NCBI GenBank assembly: GCA_046050355.1
Contig: JBJOPW010000002.1
Location: forward strand, 43,853-107,852
DNA length: 64,000 nt
From: Candidatus Parcubacteria bacterium
GTDB taxonomy: Bacteria; Patescibacteriota; Minisyncoccia; Phycocordibacterales; UBA918
Reading direction: 5' to 3'
The number at the start of each line of letters is the position of its first letter. The stretch's first letter is position 1. The notes under the pieces were generated by a model, which saw only the letters and a program-made list of their open reading frames with translations, was not told the DNA's origin and searched no databases. Positions 53,862 through 64,000 of the stretch are shown here, one piece after another. The position numbers and the translations under genes were made by a program.

Positions 53862-55037
53862 ATGTTTCGTCCTATTGTAATTCTCGTACTCACGCTCCTC
53901 ATTATCGTAGCGCCTGTCTACGCTGCACCGCGTGAAGATGCCACTGCCTTTCGTACCATCTTTGCGCTTGCGCCATTAACGATCACCTTGCCGTCAGTGG
54001 TTGAGGTCGATCTCAGTCAATACTCGTTTTCTAGTGCTGAGTTTATGGTCTATGAGGTGGGATCAAATGCGTGGGTCACGCCAACATATCGCAATCAATC
54101 TGAAACACTTCGAAACAAACCGGTGGTTACTGATTCAGATACTGGTAATAGAATCCCGGCATTAACAGACAAAAACCAAGCCACCCCCTACACCTTTCAA
54201 GTAGCCGGCAATCAGATTAGCACGGTAACGTTGAATTTCACGTACTCGAAGCCGATTACTGCCGGACAGCTGGTCCTAGATCTAAGTCAAAACGTCCAGT
54301 TGCCGCGTACGGTGATGATCAGTGTGGGGGACGGGGACAATGAGCAAGTAGCGCTCGCTACTACAGCTGTCACCGGTAGAACTATAGTTTTCCCAAAACT
54401 CACGGGGACAGTGTGGAAAGTAACTTTTACCCATAATCAACCACTCCGTATCAGCGAACTCACGTTTGTGGATGAAGCGGCGCCACAGCAGATCACCAAG
54501 TCACTGCGCTTCCTGGCACAACCTGGTCAGTCGTATGTAGTGTATGCCAATCCCGACCGTCCAAACACCGTGCAAGGGCGGGAGAGTGGCAATGTGTGGG
54601 GCAACACCGTCGTGCCAGTGCCAGTTCAAGTATTGTCGAGCAAGGACAATCCCTATTACGTACAGAAAGATTCTGATAAGGACACCGTTCCCGACGAAGC
54701 TGACAATTGTCCCTTTATCGCCAACCTTGACCAAATCGACGTGAATGCTAACAAGCAGGGTGATGCCTGTGAGGACTTTGACCAAGACGGTGCCATGAAC
54801 AATACCGATAACTGTCCTGATTTACCAAACCGCTACCAAGCAGACAAAGATAGTGATGGTATTGGTGACGAGTGTGATGACGATGAGAGTCGCCTTACCG
54901 AGAAGTATGCTTGGCTACCGTGGGTAGCTCTTGGTGCGGCACTCCTCACTATCGTTGGCATGTTTGTGGTTGTCTCCAGGCGTCCGCTTCCAAGTGAACA
55001 AACGGCAGTCAGTGATAATACCACCACCATGCTGTAA
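53862..55037 (+). CDS. Secreted, C-terminally anchored protein with thrombospondin type-3-like calcium-binding repeats.
   Basis: Signal peptide. Repeated D.D.D..PD..DNCP...N.DQ.D.D.DG.GD.CD motifs. C-terminal TM. Confidence 0.55.
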   Translation: MFRPIVILVLTLLIIVAPVYAAPREDATAFRTIFALAPLTITLPSVVEVDLSQYSFSSAEFMVYEVGSNAWVTPTYRNQSETLRNKPVVTDSDTGNRIPALTDKNQATPYTFQVAGNQISTVTLNFTYSKPITAGQLVLDLSQNVQLPRTVMISVGDGDNEQVALATTAVTGRTIVFPKLTGTVWKVTFTHNQPLRISELTFVDEAAPQQITKSLRFLAQPGQSYVVYANPDRPNTVQGRESGNVWGNTVVPVPVQVLSSKDNPYYVQKDSDKDTVPDEADNCPFIANLDQIDVNANKQGDACEDFDQDGAMNNTDNCPDLPNRYQADKDSDGIGDECDDDESRLTEKYAWLPWVALGAALLTIVGMFVVVSRRPLPSEQTAVSDNTTTML

Positions 55038-55086
55038 TGAAAGGTAAAAACAAACGCTCGACACTGTAAGTGTCGAGCGTTTGTTT

Positions 55087-56013
55087 TTAATCAAAGATCT
55101 TAATGAGATACTCGTCGATTTTGCGCTGGTCCCAGTCGTAGAAGTGAGCCTCGTCGCGTTTGAGGTCTGAGGCCAAGTCTTCACCGACAAAGCGCCAGTG
55201 CCATGGTTCGTAGACATAGTAGGCGTTACCTTCAGGGTAGGAGAGCGTGAAGCCATACTTATGGGCATTTTCCTTGAGCCATGCATAGGCTTTGGTGTCA
55301 CCAAAGCCACCAAGACTACCACCAAGGTCGGGCGTAGAAAAATCGAGGGTGGTGCCGAGTTGATGTTCAGAGTAACCTTGATCGGCAGAGAAAGTGTTCG
55401 CACCACTACCATACGATTGGAGGTAGGCACCTTTGAGGTCGGCTTGCGTTTCAAACGAACGATACGCTGAGACTACCGTAAGTTCAATATCGTCACGTTT
55501 AGCGGCTGCCAGCAAATCGTCGAGAAATGGCAGAGCATCGGTGTGGAAGTACTGTTCTTTACGACCGGGAGCCAGATAGTCACTGTCGATAACCTTTAAT
55601 TTTGAGGGGATGTAGTTTTCATTGAGGAAATACACCTTTGAGTATTTTTGGAGCAGTTCTTCGTCGGTCTTTGAGAGCTTATCAAGTCGTCCGACGGTTC
55701 CTGAGATTTTTTTGATTTGCCGTTCGAAGGCATCATTCTTGGCTTCTTCCTGTTCGAGTTTGGCGATAAGATCATTGCGCTCGAGCGTGAGCGCAGCAAT
55801 CGAACTACTAGCAGACTCTGCTTCGGCCACCCGCTGGTCAGTTGAAGAGGCGACTTCAAGCAGGAAATAGTTGCGTTCTTGGAGGAGCATGAGGACACGC
55901 TCGTGTTGCGTGTAGCTGTAGTACCCGAGTCCACACAGGAGTGAGAGGAGGACACCGGAGAGTCCCGCCAAAGCTGGGACAAGGAGACGATGGGCGGACT
56001 TTTTGCTTTCCAT
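55087..56013 (-). CDS. D-alanyl-D-alanine carboxypeptidase (VanY / peptidase M15B family), membrane-anchored.
   Basis: SAYRS..Q, SEHQLGTTLD and EPWHWR zinc-binding motifs. N-terminal TM. Confidence 0.75.
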   Translation of the reverse strand: MESKKSAHRLLVPALAGLSGVLLSLLCGLGYYSYTQHERVLMLLQERNYFLLEVASSTDQRVAEAESASSSIAALTLERNDLIAKLEQEEAKNDAFERQIKKISGTVGRLDKLSKTDEELLQKYSKVYFLNENYIPSKLKVIDSDYLAPGRKEQYFHTDALPFLDDLLAAAKRDDIELTVVSAYRSFETQADLKGAYLQSYGSGANTFSADQGYSEHQLGTTLDFSTPDLGGSLGGFGDTKAYAWLKENAHKYGFTLSYPEGNAYYVYEPWHWRFVGEDLASDLKRDEAHFYDWDQRKIDEYLIKIFD

Positions 56014-56135
56014 GTTCCGTATTGTAGCATGGAAACCCGACTTGAATCACCGCTCACTTTGTGGTATTGTTCTGCCGTTATTAGAAGCTGGTGTGCCTGT
56101 AGTGATACAAAGCTACAAACACCAAACAATTACAT

Positions 56136-56648
56136 ATGAACGATACAAACATGCCAGTTACCGAGGCCGGTCGTGAGCCAGTGGCTTACGAACTCGCCTA
56201 CCACGTACTTCCAACGGTAGCTGAAGGGGAAGTAGATAGTGTCACCGCCGAGGTGAAAGCGTTTATTACAAAAGCGGGGGGTCAGATTTTTGACGAGGAG
56301 GTCGCTGAGCGCTTCGAACTTGCCTACGAGATTGAAAAATACCTCGAAGGACGATACCGCCGCTTCAGTAGTGCGTACTTTGGTTGGGTGCGATTCCGTT
56401 TGGATCCAGCCGCCCTGGCTGCGGTACAGGAAGAGATCGATACCCACAAAGCGTTGCTTCGTACCCTCACGATCCGCCTTACCAAGACCGAAGAAGAGAA
56501 CCCATTTCGTTTTCACGAAGCATTGGCTGACCTCAAAACTCGCAACGTGACCATTACCGATGAAGAGGTGGTTGAGGTTGAAGAAGTGGTGGAGGGTGAC
56601 GTCGAGGCAGTAGAGGGTGACGAAAAGACTGAAGAAGTGGTAAAATAG
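56136..56648 (+). CDS. rpsF: 30S ribosomal protein S6 with an acidic C-terminal tail.
   Basis: YELAYHVLP...GG.I......G.R.LAY.I S6 pattern. Part of the rpsF-ssb-rpsR arrangement. Confidence 0.85.
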   Translation: MNDTNMPVTEAGREPVAYELAYHVLPTVAEGEVDSVTAEVKAFITKAGGQIFDEEVAERFELAYEIEKYLEGRYRRFSSAYFGWVRFRLDPAALAAVQEEIDTHKALLRTLTIRLTKTEEENPFRFHEALADLKTRNVTITDEEVVEVEEVVEGDVEAVEGDEKTEEVVK

Positions 56649-56675
56649 TCCTACTATTCAATAACCACACACTGT

Positions 56676-57113
56676 ATGTACCTTAACAAAGCGATGATTT
56701 ATGGGAATTTGACCCGTGATCCAGAGATGAAAGCACTCCCTAGTGGTATGCAAGTTTGCTCGTTTTCGGTGGCTACAAATCGTACGTATACTGACCGCGA
56801 TGGCAAAAAACAAGAATCAGTTGATTATCACAATGTCGTCGCCTTCGGCAAGCAGGCCGAAGTCATCGGTAAGTATCTGGCCAAAGGACGTGGTATCTAC
56901 GTCGAGGGCCGGATGCAAACCCGCAGTTGGGAAAAAGATGGTCAAAAACAATACCGTACCGAAATCATCATGGATCGCTTTGAATTTGGTCCAAACAGCA
57001 ATAGTGGAGGAGGGGCCAGTGCGCCAGCCGCAAATAATAGTGCACAGCAGTCAGCACCGGTGCTCCCGGATTATCCAGAGGAGGAAATCAACCCTGAAGA
57101 CATCCCATTTTAA
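56676..57113 (+). CDS. ssb: Single-stranded DNA-binding protein.
   Basis: MYLNKAMIYGNLTRDPE..., OB-fold motifs, Gly-rich linker and C-terminal acidic tip ending DIPF. Confidence 0.9.
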   Translation: MYLNKAMIYGNLTRDPEMKALPSGMQVCSFSVATNRTYTDRDGKKQESVDYHNVVAFGKQAEVIGKYLAKGRGIYVEGRMQTRSWEKDGQKQYRTEIIMDRFEFGPNSNSGGGASAPAANNSAQQSAPVLPDYPEEEINPEDIPF

Positions 57114-57289
57114 AGTCTAGATATACGGTATCTACGGCGTTGCAGTTCAGTCAAATAACAGTCAACGTACAAAAGTACGCCTCCCGTTATTTGCTTCCTG
57201 CGCCTGGTATCTACCGCATCCTAAACTTTAAAATAATTGGAAAAATAAAACTTGAAATCCCGTTCAATTATTAGACTCATACAAATATT

Positions 57290-57502
57290 ATGGAACAAAC
57301 AGAACGACACAATATTCACAAGAAGGCGAAGATGGAACATATCGATTACAAAGATATCGTTCGTCTCGGACACCACGTGAACCCGCACGCGCGCATGAAC
57401 AGTCGCAAGCGCACTGGCTTTGGTGCCAAGCAGCAACGTGATTTTGCCAATGCGATCAAGCGCGCTCGCTTTATGGCCTTGATGCCATACATTGCTCACT
57501 AA
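57290..57502 (+). CDS. rpsR: 30S ribosomal protein S18.
   Basis: IDYKD...GKI..RR.TG....QR.LA.AIKRARF.ALMPY. Confidence 0.85.
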   Translation: MEQTERHNIHKKAKMEHIDYKDIVRLGHHVNPHARMNSRKRTGFGAKQQRDFANAIKRARFMALMPYIAH

Positions 57503-57579
57503 CAGAAAGCCCATAAAAACACCTGCGGATATTGCCCGTAGGTGTTTTTAGGTGTAGCATATGGGGAGGAGGTGTACCA

Positions 57580-57789
57580 ATGCCCAACACGTTTTTTCCT
57601 GGGCCGATCTACGTTCTGGTGTCTGCTCTAGGTCTGCTCCTTTTCTTCGTTCTTTTGAAGGTGGCTGGGGTGTCGAATGCAATAGTGAGCATACTTATGA
57701 TCATTGCGATCGTGGTAGTGCTGATACCGTTCGTTCGAGCGCTCCAGAGACTGTCACGCGCGCCTGTGTCAACAAAAGATCGAGCCTAG
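57580..57789 (+). CDS. Small two-TM membrane protein (69 aa).
   Basis: GGGAGGAGG Shine-Dalgarno before the ATG at 57580. Terminator AAGCCCGCAG-ACTA-CCGCGGGCTTTTT at 57801-57827. Confidence 0.4.
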   Translation: MPNTFFPGPIYVLVSALGLLLFFVLLKVAGVSNAIVSILMIIAIVVVLIPFVRALQRLSRAPVSTKDRA

Positions 57790-57857
57790 CCGAAAACGAA
57801 AAGCCCGCAGACTACCGCGGGCTTTTTCACTGCTTGTTCTTTCGGTAGCGTCTGGAG

Positions 57858-58433
57858 TTAGGCCTTTTCAACTCGCTCGGAGTAGGCACTATCTTCGGTG
57901 TTGACCGCCACGATATCACCTTCATTAATAAACATAGGTACCATGAGTTTGGCTCCTGTCTCTAGAGTTACTTCTTTGAGTGCGCCACCAGAAGAATTAC
58001 CTTTGACAGCGTCAGCGGCTTCAGTGACTTTGAGTTCAACCTTGATAGGGAACTTGAGACCAATGATCTCGTCATCAAACACGAGTGCTTGGATCTCACT
58101 ACGATCCTTAAGGAATTTACCCTGGTCACCCACAAATTCTTCTGCGAGCATAAAGCGCTCAGCTGGTTTGCCAGCATTATGGAACCAGTATTCGCTACCT
58201 TTGCGGTAGATAAATGTCGCCATTTTGGTTTCCAGCTCTGCTTCCTCGGCCGTCTCGTTCACATGGAAGGTATTTTCAATCACGCGACCAGTTTTGATGT
58301 TCTTGAGCTTTGTGATGTTGACCGGTTTACGTTGCTGTTTACGAAATACGTGATAGGAGATAACGATATACGGTTCATCGTTAAAAAGAATCACTTTTTT
58401 GGGGGTAATTTCGTTGTAAGATAAGACTGCCAT
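57858..58433 (-). CDS. efp: Elongation factor P.
   Basis: Full-length EF-P similarity (three-domain, KOW-like N-terminus, conserved GK..G loop). Confidence 0.9.
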   Translation of the reverse strand: MAVLSYNEITPKKVILFNDEPYIVISYHVFRKQQRKPVNITKLKNIKTGRVIENTFHVNETAEEAELETKMATFIYRKGSEYWFHNAGKPAERFMLAEEFVGDQGKFLKDRSEIQALVFDDEIIGLKFPIKVELKVTEAADAVKGNSSGGALKEVTLETGAKLMVPMFINEGDIVAVNTEDSAYSERVEKA

Positions 58434-58659
58434 GAAGTAAAGAAACGAGCGTAGCGACTATTCTGAACTTCGTTCCCGATTTGGTCCTTCTTAGACCAAA
58501 TCGCTGGAACTGGTACACACAGTCAACGTGCTTACTAAAATTTAATAATAATCTATTGCAAAATAGATCTAGTAACGCTACTTTATAACAAAACTACACC
58601 AAAAAAGCAAAGCTTTGTACAACACCAAAAGGGCAGTAATGGTGGTACTATAGAGATAT

Positions 58660-59250
58660 ATGCAGTGGTTTTCTACAACTGACGACGCTCGTGAATTACC
58701 CGACGAAGAATTGTTACTGCGCTCCACCGGCCAGCCTTGGCTCTTTGCGGTCCTGCTTGATCGCTACGAACAAGCCTTTATGCGTCGCGCTTTAGCTATA
58801 ATTCGGGACGAACGCGATGCCGAAGAGATCGTCCAAGATACCTTTACCAAGATCTATATGCACGCGAAGAGTTTCAAGCCACAAGAAGGCGCTAAGTTTT
58901 CGTCTTGGGCGTACCGCATCCTCCTTAATACGAGCTATACCTACTATGTGCGCAGACGTAAGCTTGGAGAGCGGGTGAGTGCGCTTGATCCTGAGTTTGA
59001 AGCGTTGGTGGCGGATAAAGGGCAAGACCCCGAACGAGCTGTTGATCGTGACATTGTCGATCGGGTGTTAGCTCGGTTGCCAGGACACTTTGCTCAAGTG
59101 TTGCGCCTCCATTACCTCGAACGCTGGAGCCAAGACGACATTGCTCGTCTTACGGGGGAAGAGGTGGGAACGGTAAAGGCACGGGTACATCGTGCCAAAG
59201 CAGCGTTTCGAAAAGCCGTTTTACCAGGAGAAATTGAGCCGACGCTGTAA
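58660..59250 (+). CDS. ECF-type RNA polymerase sigma factor.
   Basis: Sigma-70 region 2 (FMRRALAIIRDERDAEEIVQDTFTKIY) and region 4 HTH (LERWSQDDIARLTGEEVGTVKARVHRAK). Confidence 0.8.
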   Translation: MQWFSTTDDARELPDEELLLRSTGQPWLFAVLLDRYEQAFMRRALAIIRDERDAEEIVQDTFTKIYMHAKSFKPQEGAKFSSWAYRILLNTSYTYYVRRRKLGERVSALDPEFEALVADKGQDPERAVDRDIVDRVLARLPGHFAQVLRLHYLERWSQDDIARLTGEEVGTVKARVHRAKAAFRKAVLPGEIEPTL

Positions 59251-59284
59251 CTTTTTTGAGGCTTTACTCGTTATAATAATTTGT

Positions 59285-59641
59285 ATGGAAACCCTACAAT
59301 CACAATTTGCCAAAAGTCGTAGCCTACGTCGAGCCGTCATGCGCCGCGTGTGGTATGTCTTTATGGTGAGTCTGATACTACGACCGGCCCTCGTGCTCGG
59401 CTTTGTCTTTGGGGCCAGTGCCATAGCGTTTTGGCGATTGGTATCCATTACCAGTATTGTGGAGAATTTCCTTCAGGTACAAGTGGGGCATTTACCAACC
59501 TACGTCGGTACGGCCTTGATGCAGGCGGATACGACCGCCCTGTTGGCTTTTATTGGTCTTTGTATTGTGGCGATGATTGTATGTGGCCAAATGCTTGCCA
59601 TACTGGTTGCAACATGGCGTTCACGTCCACAATTAATCTAA
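59285..59641 (+). CDS. Membrane protein downstream of the ECF sigma factor (possible anti-sigma factor).
   Basis: Short cytoplasmic N-terminus, then three TM helices. The position immediately 3' of the sigma factor gene is the only functional hint. Confidence 0.35.
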   Translation: METLQSQFAKSRSLRRAVMRRVWYVFMVSLILRPALVLGFVFGASAIAFWRLVSITSIVENFLQVQVGHLPTYVGTALMQADTTALLAFIGLCIVAMIVCGQMLAILVATWRSRPQLI

Positions 59642-59710
59642 CCAAAGCAGGGTAGGGTAACAACAAACAACGACCCAGGGGGTCGCTGTTTGTTGTTACC
59701 AATCACCGGA

Positions 59711-60802
59711 TTAATCGTCGCTACCTCCAGTAGCTTTTTCTTCCTTGAGTGACTTACGGACGTGTTTGAGGAGTTCGGTTCGTACTTTGGGATTTTCTCG
59801 AAGGAAGGTGCGAGCGGCATCGTAGCCTCGACCGAGCTTCACTTCACTCGAGTCGTCGCCCCCGGGCGGATTAAAGGTATATGAAGAACCAGACTTCGTG
59901 ACATACTTGTACTTTTCACCAAGGGCGAGGAGTTCACCTTCAAGAGAGATGCCTTCGTTGTAGATAAGGTCAAATTCGGTGGCTTTAAATGGGGCAGCCA
60001 CCTTATTTTTTACTACTTTAACCCGATGGCGACCACCAACCACCTCTTCACCCTTTTTGATCTGGGCAATCCGGCGAATATCAAGACGGACAGATGTGTA
60101 GAATTTGAGGGCCTTTCCACCGGGGGTAGTTTCAGGATTACCAAACATCACACCAACCTGCATACGGATCTGGTTAATGAAGATAACAACCGTCTTACTC
60201 TTGGCAACAATACCAGTGAGCTTACGCAAGGCCTGACTCATGAGTCGCGCCTGCTTACCAACATGGTGCGCCCCCATTTCACCTTCGATCTCATCGCGTG
60301 GGGTAAGGGCGGCGACGGAGTCAATCACGATGACGTCAATCTTGCCCGAGCGAACCAGGGATTCGACGATTTCGAGGGCTTGTTCACCATTGTCTGGCTG
60401 TGAGATGAGGAGTTCATCGAGCTTTACTCCCAGATTCCTGGCGTATTCAGGATCCATGGCATGTTCAGCGTCAATAAAGGCGCAAATACCACCCGCTTTT
60501 TGAGCTTCAGCAATGGCGTGGAGGGAGAGGGTGGTTTTTCCTGATGATTCAGGGCCATAGATCTCAATAATACGACCCCGGGGGTATCCACCAATCCCAA
60601 GCGCTTCATCGAGGCCAATTGAACCTGAAGCAATAGCGTCGACATCAACCTTGCGGCTATCACTTAAGGTCATGATTGCTTCTTCACCAAACTTGGTTTT
60701 GAGACTACGGAGGGTCTCCGCAATGTCACTGAGTCCACTCTGTTTATCAGTAGCGGGGGAACCAATCGTCTTCGGTGCTTTGGCGGCTTTTTTTGGTTTC
60801 AT
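59711..60802 (-). CDS. recA: Recombinase RecA.
   Basis: [20 protein letters not shown]alker A region and full-length RecA similarity, with a Lys-rich N-terminal extension. Confidence 0.95.
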   Translation of the reverse strand: MKPKKAAKAPKTIGSPATDKQSGLSDIAETLRSLKTKFGEEAIMTLSDSRKVDVDAIASGSIGLDEALGIGGYPRGRIIEIYGPESSGKTTLSLHAIAEAQKAGGICAFIDAEHAMDPEYARNLGVKLDELLISQPDNGEQALEIVESLVRSGKIDVIVIDSVAALTPRDEIEGEMGAHHVGKQARLMSQALRKLTGIVAKSKTVVIFINQIRMQVGVMFGNPETTPGGKALKFYTSVRLDIRRIAQIKKGEEVVGGRHRVKVVKNKVAAPFKATEFDLIYNEGISLEGELLALGEKYKYVTKSGSSYTFNPPGGDDSSEVKLGRGYDAARTFLRENPKVRTELLKHVRKSLKEEKATGGSDD

Positions 60803-60880
60803 GGTCAGATAGGTTACTTATTTATTTCTACAAACACAGCAATTATACCATATGGGTGCTTTTGCGGGGGTGTATGCACG

Positions 60881-61264
60881 TTACGGAGTGACAAGTGATG
60901 CCGGTGTATACATAAACGGTCGCTCGAGTTTGGTGACGCGTCCATAGCGGTCGGTGGCGGCGAGTGTTGCTATGGTATACCCATTTTCGAGCACCAGCGC
61001 TTCCTTAAAGTGTCCAGTTGGATCAGTGAAGATCTGCCGACCGTTGAGGGAGAGATTGGTGATGTTTACCGCCATCCCTTCAAGGGTTACGATGCGCTCG
61101 TTATGAACACGTTCCGGTTCAAAAGCGAGGACAATCTGTGGCCCAGCAATTAGAAAACGCGCCTGCCAGAGGATATAGAGCACTAAGAGCAACAGGCTGG
61201 TGGCGATGAGAGCACCTTTTATGAGGGTGCGAAAGGTAAAACGAGGTAAGGTAATCGGGGCCAT
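60881..61264 (-). CDS. Hypothetical N-terminally anchored protein (127 aa).
   Basis: Single TM after a short basic N-terminus. Co-oriented between ftsK and recA. Confidence 0.4.
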   Translation of the reverse strand: MAPITLPRFTFRTLIKGALIATSLLLLVLYILWQARFLIAGPQIVLAFEPERVHNERIVTLEGMAVNITNLSLNGRQIFTDPTGHFKEALVLENGYTIATLAATDRYGRVTKLERPFMYTPASLVTP

Positions 61265-61270
61265 AGTGTA

Positions 61271-63496
61271 TTAGAATGTATCTCGACCTTCATCCTCCTC
61301 ACGTTCATTGGCCACATCAGTATCGCCACCAATAAGTACCTGTCTTGGCTTGGCGCCATCGGCGGGTCCGATCACCCCTTTCTCTTCGAGGAGATCCATC
61401 AGACGAGCGGCTCGTGAATAACCAACCCGAAGCTTGCGCTGAATATATGAGGTTGAGGCTTTGCCAGCTTCGATCACAGCTACTTTTGCATCCTCATAGA
61501 GGTCATCGTCATCGTTGCTGTCATCATCCTGAAGCATGCCTATAAAGCTGTCGCCAGTGCCGCCAGACTTCTCGTCGAGGTTAATTGAGTCAAGCGACTG
61601 GGCTTCAGCCTGAGCCTTGAGGTAGGCAACCACATTTTTGGTTTCGTCTTCAGAGATGAAGGCCGATTGGAGACGGATTGGTTTTGGTGAATCACTCGAA
61701 AGGAAGAGCATATCGCCACGACCGAGGAGCTTTTCTGCACCAATTTGATCGAGAATGGTCCGTGAGTCAATTTGAGAAGCCACATTAAGCGCGAGACGAG
61801 TAGGGATATTGGCCTTAATGGTACCAGTGATAACGTTCACACTTGGTCGCTGGGTGGCGAGGATGAGGTGAATACCGACCGCGCGACTCATCTGGGCGAG
61901 GCGGACAATGAGGGCTTCGAGTTCCCGTGGGTAGGCAAGCATGAGGTCGGCGAGCTCGTCCATCACAATCACGATATACGGGAGTGGCTCAGGGAGTTCT
62001 GCTCGAGTTTCTTCGAGTGCGCCGGCCTCCTCCCAGGCTTTTTTGGCAGGTTGGTAGATATTGTTGTGGTACGAATCGAGATTTTGAATTTTCTTACTCT
62101 GGAGGATGTCATAACGTCGTTCCATTTCCTTTACCGCCCACTTGAGCATGAGGAGGGTCTTCTTGGCGTCAGTGATGACCGAGGTCAGGAGATGGGGAAT
62201 GCCCTCGTAGAGGGTGAGTTCCACGCGCTTTGGGTCAACCATGAGGAGACGAAGTTGATCTGGTGAGTTACGGAAGAGAAGCGAGACCACAATATTGTGA
62301 ATCATGATCGACTTACCAGAACCGGTAGTACCAGCGATGAGGGCGTGTGGCATGCGAGCGATATTCGCAAAGTGGGCGTGTCCGGTTACATCTTTACCGA
62401 GGGCTACTAAGAGTGGGTGTGGAGAGTCGGTATATTCGGGAGTCTTGAGGAGTGATGCCAGACCGACCGTAGCGCGTTGCAAGTTCGGGATTTCGATGCC
62501 CACCAGTGATTTCCCGGGAATCGGAGCTTCAATACGAAGGGCGCTCGTTGAGAGGTTTAGTTGGAGTTCTTGTTGCAGACCGACAATACGAGCGATCTTC
62601 ACCCCTTGGGCGGGCTTCAGCGCATAGCGGGTGATAGTTGGTCCCACCTCAACTGCGTCCATCTCCACATTAATACCGAACTCTTTGAGGGTGCGCTTGA
62701 TGATGTTGGCGTTTGCCTTCACATCACCGGTTTGGGCTTTACCGGTATCTTTTTTAAGGAGTGAAAGAGACGGAGGAGCGTATCGTCCCCGGAACGTAGA
62801 AACCACAAAATCTCCATTTTTAGTACTGAGACCGAGGGATTCTTTGGCTGCCGCCACAAGCGGTCGCTTGGCTGGAGTCTCGCTTTCCTCAAGTTCTGCG
62901 TCATCATCACTGGCGACTTTCTGCTTAGCTGGCAGCTCGTCGGGTTCATCCAGCGGAATATCAAGGTTATCGATGTCGCTATCGTCATCATAATCAAAGG
63001 CCTTTTTCTTCGGGAGGGCGAGTCCTGTGTTAAAGAAGAGGAACGTACTGATGAGAGTAAGTCCAAAAAGAATTACACCAGCCAATACCCCACCAAGGAG
63101 CGATTCAAGTGGCCACAAGAGCGCCAGGCCAGTATAGCCCCCAAGGCCAGCGCTGGTGTGCTCAAGGAGTCCCAGGACCGCGAGGAAGAAGAGCACGATA
63201 CCAATAATCTTTGAGCCGCTAATGTGGTTGTCATCTTTCGGATTGAGGAGTATGTATACAAAGAAAGCGCAGGCAATTGGTGAGAGATACGCACCAGCAC
63301 CAAACATCGTATCAAGTGCCAGATAGGTGTAGTGCCCAAGGGGTCCACTCATATCAAAAAGTGCAGCCAAAAAAAAGACACCGACAATCGCCACGAGTAC
63401 CGCCCAAATCGCCTGTTTGGCTTGCGGCGACAGGTCGTCAAAGAATGAAGAACGTTCAACTACTATTTCTTTCGGTGCAGATTTCTTTTTTGCCAT
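61271..63496 (-). CDS. ftsK: DNA translocase FtsK/SpoIIIE.
   Basis: N-terminal TM domain. Motor domain with GTTGSGKS Walker A. C-terminal gamma winged-helix (QRKLRVGYSRAARLMDLLEEKGVIG). Start trimmed to MAKKKSAPK. Confidence 0.9.
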   Translation of the reverse strand: MAKKKSAPKEIVVERSSFFDDLSPQAKQAIWAVLVAIVGVFFLAALFDMSGPLGHYTYLALDTMFGAGAYLSPIACAFFVYILLNPKDDNHISGSKIIGIVLFFLAVLGLLEHTSAGLGGYTGLALLWPLESLLGGVLAGVILFGLTLISTFLFFNTGLALPKKKAFDYDDDSDIDNLDIPLDEPDELPAKQKVASDDDAELEESETPAKRPLVAAAKESLGLSTKNGDFVVSTFRGRYAPPSLSLLKKDTGKAQTGDVKANANIIKRTLKEFGINVEMDAVEVGPTITRYALKPAQGVKIARIVGLQQELQLNLSTSALRIEAPIPGKSLVGIEIPNLQRATVGLASLLKTPEYTDSPHPLLVALGKDVTGHAHFANIARMPHALIAGTTGSGKSIMIHNIVVSLLFRNSPDQLRLLMVDPKRVELTLYEGIPHLLTSVITDAKKTLLMLKWAVKEMERRYDILQSKKIQNLDSYHNNIYQPAKKAWEEAGALEETRAELPEPLPYIVIVMDELADLMLAYPRELEALIVRLAQMSRAVGIHLILATQRPSVNVITGTIKANIPTRLALNVASQIDSRTILDQIGAEKLLGRGDMLFLSSDSPKPIRLQSAFISEDETKNVVAYLKAQAEAQSLDSINLDEKSGGTGDSFIGMLQDDDSNDDDDLYEDAKVAVIEAGKASTSYIQRKLRVGYSRAARLMDLLEEKGVIGPADGAKPRQVLIGGDTDVANEREEDEGRDTF

Positions 63497-63697
63497 AAAC
63501 AACGTTGTAAAATATGCCCCTATCATACCACGTGACGCCCCCAAGCAGCTGTGGACTGATGACCAAAAGGTGGTCTTGTGTAGTAGGACATAAAAGCCAA
63601 GCATTGTCTCTTGTGGAAAGGACAGCAAATCAGTACCATAGAGACACGATACGAGTAAAAATGTCGTTTAAAGAATTGCAATAATAAAAGACAATAT

Positions 63698-64000
63698 ATG
63701 GAATATATACGTCATGATAGTCTCATACAGGTGTCGTTATTGTCCGCTAATGAAGACTTTTATAATAATGTTTTTAAAAAGACAGAACGAATAATCTCGG
63801 CTGCCTTTTATCTCACGACCCATCTCGAGTCCTCAAAGACGTATACGACATTCAAAACACTCCTCGAAGAGCAGGCACTCACACTCCATGGTGCCAACCT
63901 ACAGACCCTCGCGGTCCGGGTGGGCGACAGTGCTGCCTTGGTCCCACTGCAAGCGGCCCTCGTCGCCGTCGACAGTACGCTCACTATTATGAGCGGCGCC
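63698..64000 (+). CDS. Hypothetical protein, N-terminal fragment (continues beyond the window).
   Basis: ATG at 63698. Open frame of 101 codons to the window edge with no stop. No family recognised. Confidence 0.3.
   Translation, partial: MEYIRHDSLIQVSLLSANEDFYNNVFKKTERIISAAFYLTTHLESSKTYTTFKTLLEEQALTLHGANLQTLAVRVGDSAALVPLQAALVAVDSTLTIMSGA

Overview
This 64-kb window comes from a compact, moderately AT-rich bacterial genome and is mostly a housekeeping backbone. The backbone includes the type IV pilus genes pilM, pilN and pilO; ruvX; a Trbp111-like tRNA-binding protein; uppS; rplS; rplK; rpsF-ssb-rpsR; secE-nusG; efp; recA; ftsK; the aminoacyl-tRNA synthetases argS, ileS, glyQS and metG; nrdB and nrdA; a folA-dcd-thyA-tmk cluster; glyA; mscL; and tatD. 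Gene content and style (many small secreted or membrane proteins, compact overlapping operons) are compatible with a reduced-genome lineage such as Patescibacteria/CPR, but this is inference. Non-coding genes are five tRNAs and RNase P RNA (rnpB, about 27860-28265). The five tRNAs are tRNA-Arg(TCT), tRNA-Val(TAC), tRNA-Leu(GAG), tRNA-His(GTG), and a tRNA with predicted anticodon GCG. The main finding is an apparently undescribed family of small non-coding composite elements immediately downstream (tRNA-sense) of four of the five tRNAs. Each element contains an inverted and a direct copy of the host tRNA's own 3' end, flanking a hairpin. The hairpin stems differ between copies while the loop is conserved, GA(A/G)C(A/G)(A/G)AG(C/T)GAA, with seven copies in two subfamilies. 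Three of the elements also carry a ~108-nt repeat (copies A, B and C) that shows a compensatory base-pair change. An accessory island lies next to tRNA-Val (about 6540-10273). It carries a phage-type DUF3310 gene, a 2-TM membrane protein, an ART-fold (RES/PARP-like) putative NAD-utilizing toxin, duplicated gene-end-plus-terminator cassettes, and a GC-elevated ORF-poor stretch. Further observations are a HicAB pair next to rnpB, an NrdB with an N-terminal ATP-cone (NrdA lacks one), an IleS with a ~200-aa histidine-phosphatase (PGAM-like) domain inserted in its catalytic core, and a free-standing HTH plus LAGLIDADG-like ORF beside tRNA-Val.
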